In this document: positions 19,207-29,137 of the stretch, piece by piece
Layout: every line of letters begins with the position of its first letter
Position numbering within the stretch: the first letter of the stretch is position 1
Virus record (IMG/VR): IMGVR_UViG_3300020045_007431
Span: 1 to 42,835 of that record
From: a virus
Lineage: Duplodnaviria; Caudoviricetes
DNA length: 42,835 bases
Reading direction: 5' to 3' (one strand)
Translations under genes and position numbers: made by a program
The notes under the pieces: generated by a model
The model's database searches: none
What the model was told of the DNA's origin: nothing
The model's input: the letters and a program-made list of their open reading frames with translations, nothing else

Positions 19207-20223
19207 ATGAAAAAAATATCAGACTTTGGAACACTTGGCGCCGGTAACGATGCGCCTATTTTTCAATTGGCGTTCGATTACGCGAAGGTGAACAATGTCG
19301 CGCTTGAATGTGATTATGCTGGCGATTTGCGCATGTCCGCGCCAATCAACTATATCACCGATTCCGCCAACACATTCACTCCCGGACTGATTATCGTCGG
19401 TCAAGGTGCTGATAAAACCAACATCATCAATGAGCACGGTGGGTTCGACTTCATTTGCGCCACTTCCGCGCCTTACAAATTCCAACGACACGGGATAATT
19501 GAAGGCTTTACGTTTAAGGGGATTGGCTCCGGACCGAAGCTGGCGTCGTGCTTCAATTACCAACTTAACGGGCTTCAAATTGAAGGCAAGACCGACCACG
19601 GGCTTTGCTTTCCGACTCTGTTTGGCGACGCCGATGCTTCAAATAATATTTCTCTTGAACAGGTGAGAATAGACAATTGCGGGAAGTGGGGCGTTTTTGG
19701 TGAAGTCACGCCAGGAGTGAATGAGTTGTCCTTTCTCGCATTCCGCAATGTCTTAATTCAAGGTTGCGGCAATCTGCAAACAACCATTGGTGGCGGCATG
19801 TATTGGCGCGGCCAGCAATTCAGCATGGAACAAGTTGCATTCGTGCTGAATAATAATCGTGGCCTTTACATTGAGGGCGGGTCGGGCCTTGGTTCCGACG
19901 TGACTGGCCGCAATGTTACTTTTGAAAATAATGTCGGCATTCATCTTCAATGCTACGGCATCAAAAACATGGTCTTTGACTCGTTGCAAATGTATTCAAA
20001 CGATCAATACAGAACAACCTACGGCATGAAGATTGCTGCCGAAAGTTCCGTTGCATCAAACGTCCTTGTTCGATCCGGTATCGTGCGGGCAACTGCGGGG
20101 AACAACCCGCACATTGCATTTTGCGGAACCGGCGCGAACTTGAGCAACGCCAAGGCCCAGAATGTTTATTGGGACAATTTCGGTTACGCTGGCCAAACAA
20201 AAATGGTCGGCTTCACTTCATAG
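19207..20223 (+). CDS. Right-handed beta-helix protein (pectate lyase-like), possible tailspike or depolymerase
   Basis: N-terminal ISDFGTLGAGNDAPIFQLAFD resembles the Pectate_lyase_3 cap; repeating N/G-rich beta strands. Confidence 0.6.
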   Translation: MKKISDFGTLGAGNDAPIFQLAFDYAKVNNVALECDYAGDLRMSAPINYITDSANTFTPGLIIVGQGADKTNIINEHGGFDFICATSAPYKFQRHGIIEGFTFKGIGSGPKLASCFNYQLNGLQIEGKTDHGLCFPTLFGDADASNNISLEQVRIDNCGKWGVFGEVTPGVNELSFLAFRNVLIQGCGNLQTTIGGGMYWRGQQFSMEQVAFVLNNNRGLYIEGGSGLGSDVTGRNVTFENNVGIHLQCYGIKNMVFDSLQMYSNDQYRTTYGMKIAAESSVASNVLVRSGIVRATAGNNPHIAFCGTGANLSNAKAQNVYWDNFGYAGQTKMVGFTS

Positions 20224-20231
20224 GAGGGGAT

Positions 20232-20588
20232 ATGTTTTATTCAGCTTCACGCAAGGGCTTTTTTGAAAAGGCGGACGGAATCACGGACGCGGTTGAAGTC
20301 TCGAAAGAGCTTTACCAAAAATTGCTTGCTTCTCCGCGCATTGCGATTGACGCCAAAGGTCGGCCGGTTCCCTCTGACCATTTGCCTCCGTCCGACGAGA
20401 GCACATCGGGAAAGGTGCGCATCGAGCGCAACGCGAAATTGGCGGCCAGCGATTGGGCTGTTTTGCCTGACACCCCGTTGACACAGGAGCAAAAAAACGA
20501 ATGGATGGCGTATCGCAAAAGTTTGCGAGACTTGACGTCGCAAGCCGGATTCCCGACATCAATCAATTGGCCTTTGGCCCCGAAATAG
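20232..20588 (+). CDS. Tail fibre assembly chaperone
   Basis: MFYSAS..GFF...DAVEVS N-terminus and ERNAKLAASDW...YRKSLRDL...WP C-terminus. Confidence 0.8.
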   Translation: MFYSASRKGFFEKADGITDAVEVSKELYQKLLASPRIAIDAKGRPVPSDHLPPSDESTSGKVRIERNAKLAASDWAVLPDTPLTQEQKNEWMAYRKSLRDLTSQAGFPTSINWPLAPK

Positions 20589-20599
20589 AGGAGACTTCT

Positions 20600-20872
20600 G
20601 TGGCTGAAGAAAAACAATGTGTTGTCCCTCCTGAATATTGCCCTCATGTAAAAGAGGCTGCAGACGAAGCTGTCAAAAAGGTATTCGCCATTCTTGGTGT
20701 GGACATTGACGTTCCCAAAGAGGTGGAGGAGTTTCGTGAGAACCTGCGCTTCGGAGCATCAATGCGCCGCGCTGCGGACAAAGGAATGCTGACGATCATC
20801 GGCGTTCTGGTCACTGCGATGCTTGCCGCGCTGTGGGCTGGCATCGTTTCCAAAATCTCTCACGGAGGCTGA
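20600..20872 (+). CDS. Small membrane protein, putative holin or antiholin
   Basis: GTG start after SD GAGGAG; one C-terminal hydrophobic helix; directly upstream of endolysin. Confidence 0.5.
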   Translation: MAEEKQCVVPPEYCPHVKEAADEAVKKVFAILGVDIDVPKEVEEFRENLRFGASMRRAADKGMLTIIGVLVTAMLAALWAGIVSKISHGG

Positions 20873-20873
20873 C

Positions 20874-21290
20874 ATGAGCAGCCGCAAGTTGGAAGATCTG
20901 AACGAGCCGACACGCAAGAAGGCCGAGGCATTTCTGCAGGCGTGCGAAGAAGCCGGCATCGATGTGTTGATCTACTGCACCTTGCGCGACAAGGCAGAGC
21001 AGGACGAGTTGCACAAGCAAGGCCGCACCAAGCCGGGCAAGATCGTGACCAATGCTCGTGGCGGCGAAAGCTGGCACAACTTCGGCTCTGCATTCGACTT
21101 CGTTCCGATGGTCGGAGGCAAGCCTCAGTGGGGCGACAGCAGCCTGTACGCCAAATGCGGCGTGATCGGTGAAAGTGTCGGTCTCGAATGGGCCGGTCGT
21201 TGGTCAGGCAAGCTGAAGGAAACAGCCCACATGCAATACCGTGGCGGCTTGACGTTGGCACAAGTTCAATCTGGCAAGGAGGTGGTGTGA
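20874..21290 (+). CDS. Endolysin, M15 family L-Ala-D-Glu Zn-peptidase
   Basis: TLRDKAEQ, IVTNARGGESWHNFGSAFD (SxHxxGxAxD), LEWAGRW and ETAH (ExxH) motifs. Confidence 0.9.
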   Translation: MSSRKLEDLNEPTRKKAEAFLQACEEAGIDVLIYCTLRDKAEQDELHKQGRTKPGKIVTNARGGESWHNFGSAFDFVPMVGGKPQWGDSSLYAKCGVIGESVGLEWAGRWSGKLKETAHMQYRGGLTLAQVQSGKEVV

Positions 21291-21826
21291 TGAATTGGTC
21301 TGACGTTGGAAGTTGGCTGAAGGAAAATGCAGGCTCTGGCGCGGCTCTGGTCGGATCGTTGCTGACCGGCAATATCCCCGGCGCAGTTGCGGCTGGCGTG
21401 GCTCTGGTCGGAAGCGCAACAGGAAGCAACGATCCTGCCAAGGCGCTCGCCGCTTTGCAAACCGACCCTGCGACGGTTCTGAAGCTGCGGGAATTGGCCG
21501 TGCAGGAAGAAGCCTCGATCCGTGAGCACATCCGCTCGATGGAAGAGATGCGTCTGAAGGACGAGCAAGCGGCTCACGAGCAGCAGCAGGAAACGATCCG
21601 TGGTGGCGACAAGGCAGAAGACGAATATGTCCGCCACACCAGACCGATGATGGCGCGGCAGTCTTGGTACGCAACGATGTTCTATGTGATTGCGTTCGAA
21701 GGTCTGAAGGCTGCAGAGGTGTTCAAGGTAGGAGCCAGCTGGGATCTCGCAATGGTCATCATCGCGCCAGCCGCTGCCTACCTTGGGTTCCGCTCTCTGG
21801 ACAAATTCACGAAGAAAACATCGTGA
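21290..21826 (+). CDS. Holin (GTA 3TM holin-like)
   Basis: Hydrophobic N-terminus, coiled coil, then VRHTRP...AYLGFRSLDK membrane domain; next to endolysin. Confidence 0.7.
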   Translation: MNWSDVGSWLKENAGSGAALVGSLLTGNIPGAVAAGVALVGSATGSNDPAKALAALQTDPATVLKLRELAVQEEASIREHIRSMEEMRLKDEQAAHEQQQETIRGGDKAEDEYVRHTRPMMARQSWYATMFYVIAFEGLKAAEVFKVGASWDLAMVIIAPAAAYLGFRSLDKFTKKTS

Positions 21827-22235
21827 GCTTGACCCCGGCCTCTTCGAACATGGTGATGGCCGCTTCAAACTGCTCCACCGGCATGCTCGTTTGACCGTCG
21901 CCAACAACGACCTCTGCAACGCCTGCGTTGATCAACATTCGAGCGCAGGCGTTGCAACATAAATGAGTCACATGCACCGTAGAACCTTCCAACACCTTTC
22001 GTGCGGCATGGGCCACAAGGTTCTCTTCTGCGTGCGCCGTCCATAGATATTTGGCTGGACGCTCCATTCTCTCTGGCAGATCCTGCACGCCTCGTGGTAA
22101 GCCGTTGAACCCTGTCTCAAGAATTGCCTTGGTTGGCGCTACTGCGACGGCTCCCACCTTGGTTGTGGGGTCTTTCGACCACTGAGCAACGGCCTGAGCC
22201 AGCGATAAAAATCGCTCCTGCCACTTCCTGCTCAT
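21807..22235 (-). CDS. dCMP deaminase
   Basis: SKDPTTKVGAV, GFNGLPRG, HAEEN and CCNAC (CxxC) zinc-deaminase motifs. Confidence 0.9.
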   Translation of the reverse strand: MSRKWQERFLSLAQAVAQWSKDPTTKVGAVAVAPTKAILETGFNGLPRGVQDLPERMERPAKYLWTAHAEENLVAHAARKVLEGSTVHVTHLCCNACARMLINAGVAEVVVGDGQTSMPVEQFEAAITMFEEAGVKLTMFSS

Positions 22236-22453
22236 CTGTTGTCTCCCGAAGATTGGCAGAATTTGTCGCCTTTGAATGGAGGCCAGCCGTTGCGACGTTC
22301 TTTGGGAATTCCAGCCTTGGCATCGGCCTTCCAGATGCCGACCATGTGGCAATATTGGTCTTGTTCGACCTGCTCGTCATCGTACTCAAAGTGTCCGGTT
22401 AAACCGGCAGCAAGCAGGATCACCAAGGCGATTCCGATTGTGGTTCTGTTCAT
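22232..22453 (-). CDS. Small hypothetical protein with an N-terminal hydrophobic segment
   Basis: SD GAAAGGG; MNRTTIGIALVILLAAGL; ATGA coupling to the deaminase. Confidence 0.6.
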   Translation of the reverse strand: MNRTTIGIALVILLAAGLTGHFEYDDEQVEQDQYCHMVGIWKADAKAGIPKERRNGWPPFKGDKFCQSSGDNR

Positions 22454-22497
22454 GTCGTTCCCTTTCTAAGTTGTAGCGTTCAAACGAACGCCACCTG

Positions 22498-22526
22498 ATT
22501 TTGCCTGAATCATTTGAACAAGGCAA
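22498..22526 (-). promoter_or_regulatory. Sigma70-like promoter
   Basis: TTGCCT-N17-CAAAAT on the minus strand, followed by a GCGTTC-GTTT-GAACGC hairpin. Confidence 0.55.
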
Positions 22527-24318
22527 GACCCTTGTCGATGATTGTGTCCGCAATGTCCTTCTTGTTTAGCAGAGCGCCAATGACAGCTTCGTCGATCGTT
22601 CCCTTGGCAGCGATGTTGATGTACGTCACATTCTTGGTCTGGCCGATGCGGTGCGCTCGATCCTCGGACTGCAGCCGGTCACGCAAGCTGAAGTTGTTGC
22701 TGAAGTAGATCACGTAGCTGGCCGCAATGAGCGTGATGCCCGTTCCACCGGCCTGCTGGTTGCCGATGAACACATCTGCGTCGCCATTCTGGAATGCCTC
22801 GATGGCATCAACACGGTCGCTCTTCTTCACACCGCCATGGTATTCGACCGACTTGATCCCGGCCTCGGCCATTCGGCGAGCGATGTCCTCGATCTCAGCA
22901 CGGTAGCGTGCCCATACGATGACCTTTTCTCCTTGTTCGATGATTGCCTGAACACGCTCGACGAGCAGATCCAACTTGGGATTCTCGCCGGGGATGCGGA
23001 CTGGCTCGTCAGACAACGGGTGAATGTAATAGCCAGAGGTGATCTGCGCCAGCTTGGTGACGGCAACCAGCTTGTTGAACGGAGTCTCCTGACCTTGGAA
23101 GACCAATCGACATTCGTCCTCTGCCTTCTTGTAGATCTCGATCTGCTCCTTGGTCATGCTGAAGAACAACGTCTTGTAGATCTTGTCCGGCAGATCCAAG
23201 CAGTCCTTCTTGAGCACGCGGAACGAGTGGGGTGCGATGAGCGCACTCAACTTGTCGAGGTTGCGGTATTTCGGCCTGCCGTTCTTGTCCTTGTCTACGA
23301 TCTGCGGAAGACGGTTGGGGTTGAATGCTGCGCTCAACTTCTGCATGTATTGGCCGATGCGTGACTCGACCGTGGCGATGAGCCGAAGGGCGTCGAACTT
23401 GCGCTTGCTGGGAGTCGGTGAAAACAGAGAGCGAAGATGCGCCAGACCATCAACGATCTTCTCGTAGGCCTGCGACTCATGCGCTTCAACGACGTTGCTC
23501 ATGGCCAGCAGCAATTCCTCCCGGCCATTGGCCGCAAGCATGCGATGCAACTCTCCGATCTCCTTGGCCAACTCCTGCTTGTCGTAGTCGCTCATCTTCA
23601 CCTTGTTCTTGACGATGTGTTGGATGAGGTGGTGGTTCTCTTTGAGCAACTCGGAATACTCAGCCTTGAATGCGTAGTAGCTGGTCGTTCCGAGGATGTT
23701 CTCGTCGAGGAAGCTGAACTGGCTGAAGGCGTCGAACGGCGCATTGTTGATCGGCGTTCCAGACATAATGCGACGCCAGTGGCTGAACTTCTTGAGCTTC
23801 ATCAACGCCTTGGTGCGTTCGGCCTTGGGATTCTTGGCAGCGTCCGACTCGTCACACACGATCATCAACCGGCGGAAGCAGTTGGCGAACCGCTCTGCAG
23901 CCTTGACACCGCTCTTGTGTTGCAGAGACTCCCAGTTCATCGTCAGGACACGAAGCGTTCCGTCACCGGCATTGTCGTAGAGCGACTCGATCTCAGCTGT
24001 CTCACGCTTGTTGCCGCCAGAAACCCACGGCGCAGCCTTGTAGCGAACCCAGTCCGGCATGTGTTTCGGCAACTCCAGCCGCGTCCAGTTCGTATGCACG
24101 CCGTTGGGTGCGAAGACAATCACGCCGTCGCAGTCTCCGCTGGACCAGAGGTCTGCGATGTTGTTGATGATGATCCAGGTCTTTCCCGTTCCCATCTCAG
24201 CCAGCAAGGCGAACGCAGGCTTGCGTCCGAACTTGTTCAAACACTCCAATTGGTGGTTGTAGGGCTTGGTCTTGAACTTTCCGGCTAGCGGGTCAGTATT
24301 GTTCTGCATTGTTTCCAT
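22510..24318 (-). CDS. SNF2-family (SF2) helicase
   Basis: Motif I EMGTGKT, II DESD, III SGTP, V AGGTGITL, VI QSEDRAHRIGQ. Confidence 0.93.
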   Translation of the reverse strand: METMQNNTDPLAGKFKTKPYNHQLECLNKFGRKPAFALLAEMGTGKTWIIINNIADLWSSGDCDGVIVFAPNGVHTNWTRLELPKHMPDWVRYKAAPWVSGGNKRETAEIESLYDNAGDGTLRVLTMNWESLQHKSGVKAAERFANCFRRLMIVCDESDAAKNPKAERTKALMKLKKFSHWRRIMSGTPINNAPFDAFSQFSFLDENILGTTSYYAFKAEYSELLKENHHLIQHIVKNKVKMSDYDKQELAKEIGELHRMLAANGREELLLAMSNVVEAHESQAYEKIVDGLAHLRSLFSPTPSKRKFDALRLIATVESRIGQYMQKLSAAFNPNRLPQIVDKDKNGRPKYRNLDKLSALIAPHSFRVLKKDCLDLPDKIYKTLFFSMTKEQIEIYKKAEDECRLVFQGQETPFNKLVAVTKLAQITSGYYIHPLSDEPVRIPGENPKLDLLVERVQAIIEQGEKVIVWARYRAEIEDIARRMAEAGIKSVEYHGGVKKSDRVDAIEAFQNGDADVFIGNQQAGGTGITLIAASYVIYFSNNFSLRDRLQSEDRAHRIGQTKNVTYINIAAKGTIDEAVIGALLNKKDIADTIIDKGLALFK

Positions 24319-24713
24319 TGCTCTTTGCTCCTGATTGGTTTGACAGCATGCCAGAGCGAAGATTCGATCAGCTCAGGCACAGTCATGTCGTTGATGCGGT
24401 CGGCGTGGATGCCGTCGAGCAACAGCCACCGCTTGTCGGTCACGATGAGGACGAATGCTCTGCCTCCAGCGTTGCGTTGGCGCAGCATCCAATTGCGCTG
24501 CTCGATCGAAAGCTTGTGATTCGATCCGAACAGCTTGGTCGTTGTTCGGATCGGCTCCTTTGGAGACTTGAATTCGATCCAACATTCCTTGCTGTCACCG
24601 CAGTAGTTGGTGTCTGGCATGCCAAGCACCATGCAGTTCTCGATCCGATCCAGCCGGTCGAGCGGTTCCACCACGTTGCGCTTGAAGGCGCGATAATCGA
24701 CACTCTCAGCCAC
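24285..24713 (-). CDS. PD-(D/E)xK nuclease (VRR-NUC or Holliday junction resolvase-like)
   Basis: RIEN...GMPD...WIEFK...Q..W...GG motif set; GTG start overlaps the upstream stop. Confidence 0.8.
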   Translation of the reverse strand: MAESVDYRAFKRNVVEPLDRLDRIENCMVLGMPDTNYCGDSKECWIEFKSPKEPIRTTTKLFGSNHKLSIEQRNWMLRQRNAGGRAFVLIVTDKRWLLLDGIHADRINDMTVPELIESSLWHAVKPIRSKEQWKQCRTILTR

Positions 24714-25236
24714 GATTTGCCTTTCTCGCAGCGATGCACTTGGCAACCTTCTCCGGGTCTCGCATCGGATTGTTGTCTCCGCGCATGTCTGGACGCGGCT
24801 TTCCGAGCCTGTAGCTGTTGCCGGCGTGAATGCCCTTCAGCAACTTTATGTGGCTGTCGCTCATTGATCCTTTCTTTGCTGCGCTCAGCTTGGCTTTCGT
24901 CTCGTCAGACCGCTTTATGCCGACCAGCTTCGCCTTGATCTCAGGAACCAACATTGGAGAATTCTCTCCTCCAGGCGTCATGTTATATCCATTCGGAGTC
25001 AATGTGTTGAACGCCTTGATGGCGCGGATCTCTGTCTCTGCCAAGTCCTTGTCCTCAACGACAGCAAGCACCAACAACTTCGGTTCGCCGTATTTTCGCC
25101 ATGCATTATGAACGGCATATTCCGATCCTCTGTTCACATCGGCAGCGTGGTGTTTGAAGCGGGTGTTCATCGATTTGGTCGTGATCCCAATGTACGACTT
25201 GCCGTTGGCGAAGTCGAGCTTATACAAGGTTCCCAT
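24706..25236 (-). CDS. GIY-YIG homing endonuclease with NUMOD3-like tail (copy 1)
   Basis: LYKLDFANGKSYIG, RFKHH, EIRAI and GYNMTPGG motifs; RSDETKAKLSAAKKG repeat. Confidence 0.88.
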   Translation of the reverse strand: MGTLYKLDFANGKSYIGITTKSMNTRFKHHAADVNRGSEYAVHNAWRKYGEPKLLVLAVVEDKDLAETEIRAIKAFNTLTPNGYNMTPGGENSPMLVPEIKAKLVGIKRSDETKAKLSAAKKGSMSDSHIKLLKGIHAGNSYRLGKPRPDMRGDNNPMRDPEKVAKCIAARKANRG

Positions 25237-27998
25237 CACGGCCTCCAAAGGATTTTATACTTCTTGATGAAGGCGTATCGGATGTCGTTGTAGAACTCAG
25301 CCCTGATCATCAGGTGAGCGCCGACAGGAACCGACTCCAGCAACTCCCGTCCAATCCGCTCGAAGTCGAACCGGCCAATGCGACCGCCGATCGTGCCTGT
25401 GTCATCACGCAAGCGAACGTCGATGAACTCCAATGGCCCGGTCTCCATCTTGCCTCCACGTTTTTTGACATTGACCTCCTCGTTGGAGTTGCGAGCGTTC
25501 TTGTAGATGAGCTCTCCAAGAAACACACGCTGTTGCTTGTGCGGTATGCCTTCCAGATCGATGATCTTCAACACGTCACCAGCGACGCCATTGTCTGTTG
25601 GGTTGTCGTAGAGGTGCGGGTACTTGGTGCTGAACGGGAAGATGTCGGCGAAGACATTCTCAGCCTTTGCGACTTCATCGCGCTGCTTGTCGGTGAGCTT
25701 TCCGGCCTCACGAGCGGCGATAAGCTTTGCCGCCTTGCTCTCGCCGATGCCTTTCAGAGCAACAAAACCGCCATAGAGCTTGCCTTCCCGCACAGACCAG
25801 TTGAGTGCGGACTTCTCGATGTCGAACGGAACGTACTCGATGCCTTCCCGCACCATTTCGCGCAGGAGCTCAACGGCGCTGTCCTCGTCCTTGGCGTTGC
25901 GCAGGTTGGCGGCAGCGAACTCCAGCGGAAAGTGAGCCTTGAGGTAGGCCGTCCAATAGCTGATCACGGCGTAGCTGAAGGTGTGAGCCTTGTTCATCTG
26001 CCAAGCGCCCATGGCGTTGATGGTCTCCCAAGTCGCCCTTGCTTCCTTCTCTCCGATGCCTTGGCTGGTTGCACCCTTGAGGAACTTTTCCCAGTAGGTG
26101 TCGAAGAACTCCTTGCCCATGCGCTTGGACATGGCCTTGCGGATGGTGGATGTTTCCTTCCAGTCGAACTTGCCGATCTCCCGGACGATTGCCAACGTCT
26201 GTTCCTGATAGACAGGCAAGCCGTAGGTCTCGCTCATGTGGGCTTCCACCAGCGGATGGATCGGGGTGTAGGCTTCGCCGTTCTTGCGCTTCACGTACTT
26301 CTCGGTCACGCCACCGCCGAATGGACCAGGACGAGCCAGCGCCGTCACAGCATCGATCTCAACGATGGTCTCGAACTTTATGTCGCGACTGATGGCACGC
26401 AGGGCGTTCCCCTCGAACTGGAAGATGCCACAAAGACGACCTTGGTTGAAAACCTCGTAGGTGGCCGGGTCGTCGAACGGAAGATTGTACCAGTCGATGT
26501 CTGTGCCGCTGTCTTCCAACACACCAAGGGTTCGCAGACCGAGAACGTCGATCTTCAGCAGGCCAAGGGTTTCAGCTGCGCCCTTCTCGATGTGGGCGAT
26601 GCCGTTGGCATCCACCGTTGCGTAGTTGGTGATCTCGTCGTTGCAGACCAGCAAGCCAGCGGCATGGACTCCGGTCTGCGCTGCGTGGCCTTCGATCAAC
26701 GAGGCGCTCATGGCCTGCGGGTATTGTTCAATGAACGCCTTGCCCGGTGCCGTGGTCTGCAGAGTGTCCAGCAAGCAGTTGTTGGCGCGTGAGTCTGCCG
26801 ACGAACGTTCGATCATCGCCACCTTCACAGCAGCGGTCGCCGCAGGCGGGATGTTGAGCGCCTTGCAGACTTGGATCAACGCCGACTTCGGCCTGAACTG
26901 GCCGATGGTGCCGATGTGGGCAACATTGTTGATGCCGTATTTGTCCGCCATGTATTCAAACACCATGTGGCGCTTGTTGTCGGGGAAGTCGAGGTCGATA
27001 TCGGGCAAGTCAGTCCGGCTGACGTCGATGAAGCGTTCGAAGTAGAGCTTTGGCGGGATCGGGTCGATCTCGGTGATGCGGGAGACGTAGCAGACCAACG
27101 AGCCAGCGGCTGAACCGCGACTCGGACCAACGAGCATGTGTTGCTTGGCGTAATGAACCATGTCAGCCACGATGATGAAGTAGCTCTCGAAGTCTTTCGA
27201 CCGGATCAACTCCAACTCGTACTGCAGCCGGTCTTCGTATTCCTGCGTCCAGCTGTCTTCCATCTTGCGAAACTTGATGCCGTCACGGCAGATCTGTTCG
27301 AGGCTTCCTTCTGCACGAACCATTGGTGCGACAGGAAGTTCCAGACCATTGCATGTGTCGGCAATCGCCTGAGCCACATCCTGATGGTCGAGCGTCTCAA
27401 GCAGGAATTGCGGCGTCTGCTTCAGACCGGCTCTGGAGATCAACTCGAACACTTCCTTGTCTTCCGGCGACGAGAATGCATTGTCAGAGGTGCTGACCAG
27501 CTGCAACCCATGCTTGGAGGCGATGGCCAGCTTCTTGGAGTTGAGGATGCGGCTCGCCGGGTTCAGGTCGATGAACGCTCCGGCCTCCAGCAGAAACTCT
27601 CCGTCGGTCAGATCTCCGGCGAATTTCAGGATATTTTCGCTCATCGCCAGAACGTCTTTGCGATAGAGGCGCGGAATGCTGCCGCTCTTGGTCGCTATGG
27701 TCTGCTGGTGGCTTTTCGAGGTGAAGCGGTACAACTCACCCAAGCCTTCCTTGTTCTTGGCTAGAAACCACATCCTGTGGGTTGTGTCGTCGTCGGTCAC
27801 GCAGACTTCAACGCCGAGGATCGGCTGGATGCCAGCAGCCTTGCAAGCCTTGAACCAAGCCACATGAAACCAAGTGGAATTGACATCGACGATCCCGGCA
27901 GCGGTACAGCCAATCGCCTTGAGACGCTCGACAACTCTTTCTATCGGAGCAAAGGTCTGGCCAAATGAACCTTCTGTTCTCACTCTGAGCTGAATCAT
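25236..27998 (-). CDS. dnaE: C-family DNA polymerase (Pol III alpha, DnaE-like)
   Basis: [45 protein letters not shown] and HhH GIG motifs; N-terminal PHP-like domain. Confidence 0.95.
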   Translation of the reverse strand: MIQLRVRTEGSFGQTFAPIERVVERLKAIGCTAAGIVDVNSTWFHVAWFKACKAAGIQPILGVEVCVTDDDTTHRMWFLAKNKEGLGELYRFTSKSHQQTIATKSGSIPRLYRKDVLAMSENILKFAGDLTDGEFLLEAGAFIDLNPASRILNSKKLAIASKHGLQLVSTSDNAFSSPEDKEVFELISRAGLKQTPQFLLETLDHQDVAQAIADTCNGLELPVAPMVRAEGSLEQICRDGIKFRKMEDSWTQEYEDRLQYELELIRSKDFESYFIIVADMVHYAKQHMLVGPSRGSAAGSLVCYVSRITEIDPIPPKLYFERFIDVSRTDLPDIDLDFPDNKRHMVFEYMADKYGINNVAHIGTIGQFRPKSALIQVCKALNIPPAATAAVKVAMIERSSADSRANNCLLDTLQTTAPGKAFIEQYPQAMSASLIEGHAAQTGVHAAGLLVCNDEITNYATVDANGIAHIEKGAAETLGLLKIDVLGLRTLGVLEDSGTDIDWYNLPFDDPATYEVFNQGRLCGIFQFEGNALRAISRDIKFETIVEIDAVTALARPGPFGGGVTEKYVKRKNGEAYTPIHPLVEAHMSETYGLPVYQEQTLAIVREIGKFDWKETSTIRKAMSKRMGKEFFDTYWEKFLKGATSQGIGEKEARATWETINAMGAWQMNKAHTFSYAVISYWTAYLKAHFPLEFAAANLRNAKDEDSAVELLREMVREGIEYVPFDIEKSALNWSVREGKLYGGFVALKGIGESKAAKLIAAREAGKLTDKQRDEVAKAENVFADIFPFSTKYPHLYDNPTDNGVAGDVLKIIDLEGIPHKQQRVFLGELIYKNARNSNEEVNVKKRGGKMETGPLEFIDVRLRDDTGTIGGRIGRFDFERIGRELLESVPVGAHLMIRAEFYNDIRYAFIKKYKILWRP

Positions 27999-28330
27999 TT
28001 CTTCCTCCTTGGGTTTCCGTCACCAAGCATGTGGTCGTAACCTCCTTTGGCTTTCCTGTCTGCGTTGTTGTCTTTGTCTGTTCCGAGAAACAAATGGTTT
28101 GGATTGACACAAGCCTTGTTGTCGCAGCGGTGACAAACGCAAAGTGTGCCAGGATCTTCACCCTTGAAGATCAGCCATGCCGCCCTGTTCGCTCTCCACA
28201 TTCTTCCGTCAATGTATATTGTTCCGTAGCCATCTCTGTCTTTTGAATGATTCCAATTCCAGCAGGCGTCCTTTTTTCCAAAGGAGACTCGCTGCAAAAA
28301 CTTTGAAACGGACGATATTTTCAATCTCAT
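27995..28330 (-). CDS. HNH homing endonuclease (HNH_3-like)
   Basis: CWNW...DGYG...[20 protein letters not shown]...N motif; ATGA overlaps on both sides. Confidence 0.88.
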   Translation of the reverse strand: MRLKISSVSKFLQRVSFGKKDACWNWNHSKDRDGYGTIYIDGRMWRANRAAWLIFKGEDPGTLCVCHRCDNKACVNPNHLFLGTDKDNNADRKAKGGYDHMLGDGNPRRKK

Positions 28331-28602
28331 TTGTAGACCTTTATCTCGTTGTAATGCACGAACTCTTGCCAAGCAGGACACTCACAGATTCGCTCCTGAC
28401 CTTCATAGACTTCGCAGTACGGAATGTCTTCCGTCTTGTTCAATGCATTGCAGTGTGTGCAGTCGCCAGTTCCATAGTGGTTCTCCCACTGTTCAGCGAC
28501 AAGAAAATAGCCGCTGCACCTGCCGCCACTGAACCGATGCGGGAATCGGTAAGCGCTACAGGTGCAGACATGCTCACCCTTACGCGGTTTGCGCCTTGCC
28601 AT
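28327..28602 (-). CDS. Cys-rich putative zinc-binding protein
   Basis: [11 protein letters not shown]...C and CTHC...CE...CEC; overlaps its neighbours in an operon. Confidence 0.6.
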   Translation of the reverse strand: MARRKPRKGEHVCTCSAYRFPHRFSGGRCSGYFLVAEQWENHYGTGDCTHCNALNKTEDIPYCEVYEGQERICECPAWQEFVHYNEIKVYK

Positions 28603-29137
28603 CGTCGAGAGAATCAAAGAACCGATACTTCTCCAACACTTCGAAGACGGCCATTGCGTCGTCGAGCGCCCGGTGAGTCTGAGCCAGAGGACGACCCATG
28701 ATCTTCTCGTAGAGATGGATGAGGCGAGGACGCTTGCCCATCAGAGGTGTGAATTCCTGAGCCGTGCAGATGGTGTTCGCAGGCCAAGGGAATCCGGTGC
28801 GACCGCAACGAGCCAGTTCGTTGCTCAGCATGCCAACGTCGAACGGAGCATTGTGGGCGAAGCCGTAATCGGAACCGCCAAACACATCTTCGATCTCACC
28901 CAACAGCTGGCGGAACAAAGGTTTGCCAACCAGATCCTCGTTGGTGATGCCGGTGATCTTGGTGATCTCGGCGCTGATCTCCATTTCCGGGTTGATCAGC
29001 CAGTTGTGTTCGCTTGCCAGTTTGCCGTCGATCACGACGACGATGCCAAGTTCGATGATGCGCGGTTGCTTCTCCAACGGCGCAGACGACGGTAGCAACA
29101 GGCCTGTCGTCTCTGTGTCAAAAATCACTGCTTTCAT
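28580..29137 (-). CDS. dnaQ: DEDDh 3'-5' exonuclease (Pol III epsilon-like)
   Basis: ExoI FDTETTG, ExoII HNAPFD, ExoIII HRALDD. Confidence 0.92.
   Translation of the reverse strand: MKAVIFDTETTGLLLPSSAPLEKQPRIIELGIVVVIDGKLASEHNWLINPEMEISAEITKITGITNEDLVGKPLFRQLLGEIEDVFGGSDYGFAHNAPFDVGMLSNELARCGRTGFPWPANTICTAQEFTPLMGKRPRLIHLYEKIMGRPLAQTHRALDDAMAVFEVLEKYRFFDSLDDGKAQTA

Noticed and set aside
18239-20223. Diversity-generating retroelement or invertible fibre cassette
   Set aside because: No reverse transcriptase, invertase or template/variable repeat pair was seen
23310-23640. Intein in the SNF2 helicase
   Set aside because: No N-terminal Cys/Ser block, no His-Asn followed by Cys/Ser/Thr, and no LAGLIDADG motifs
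25314-26792. 492-aa plus-strand ORF
   Set aside because: Antisense shadow of dnaE
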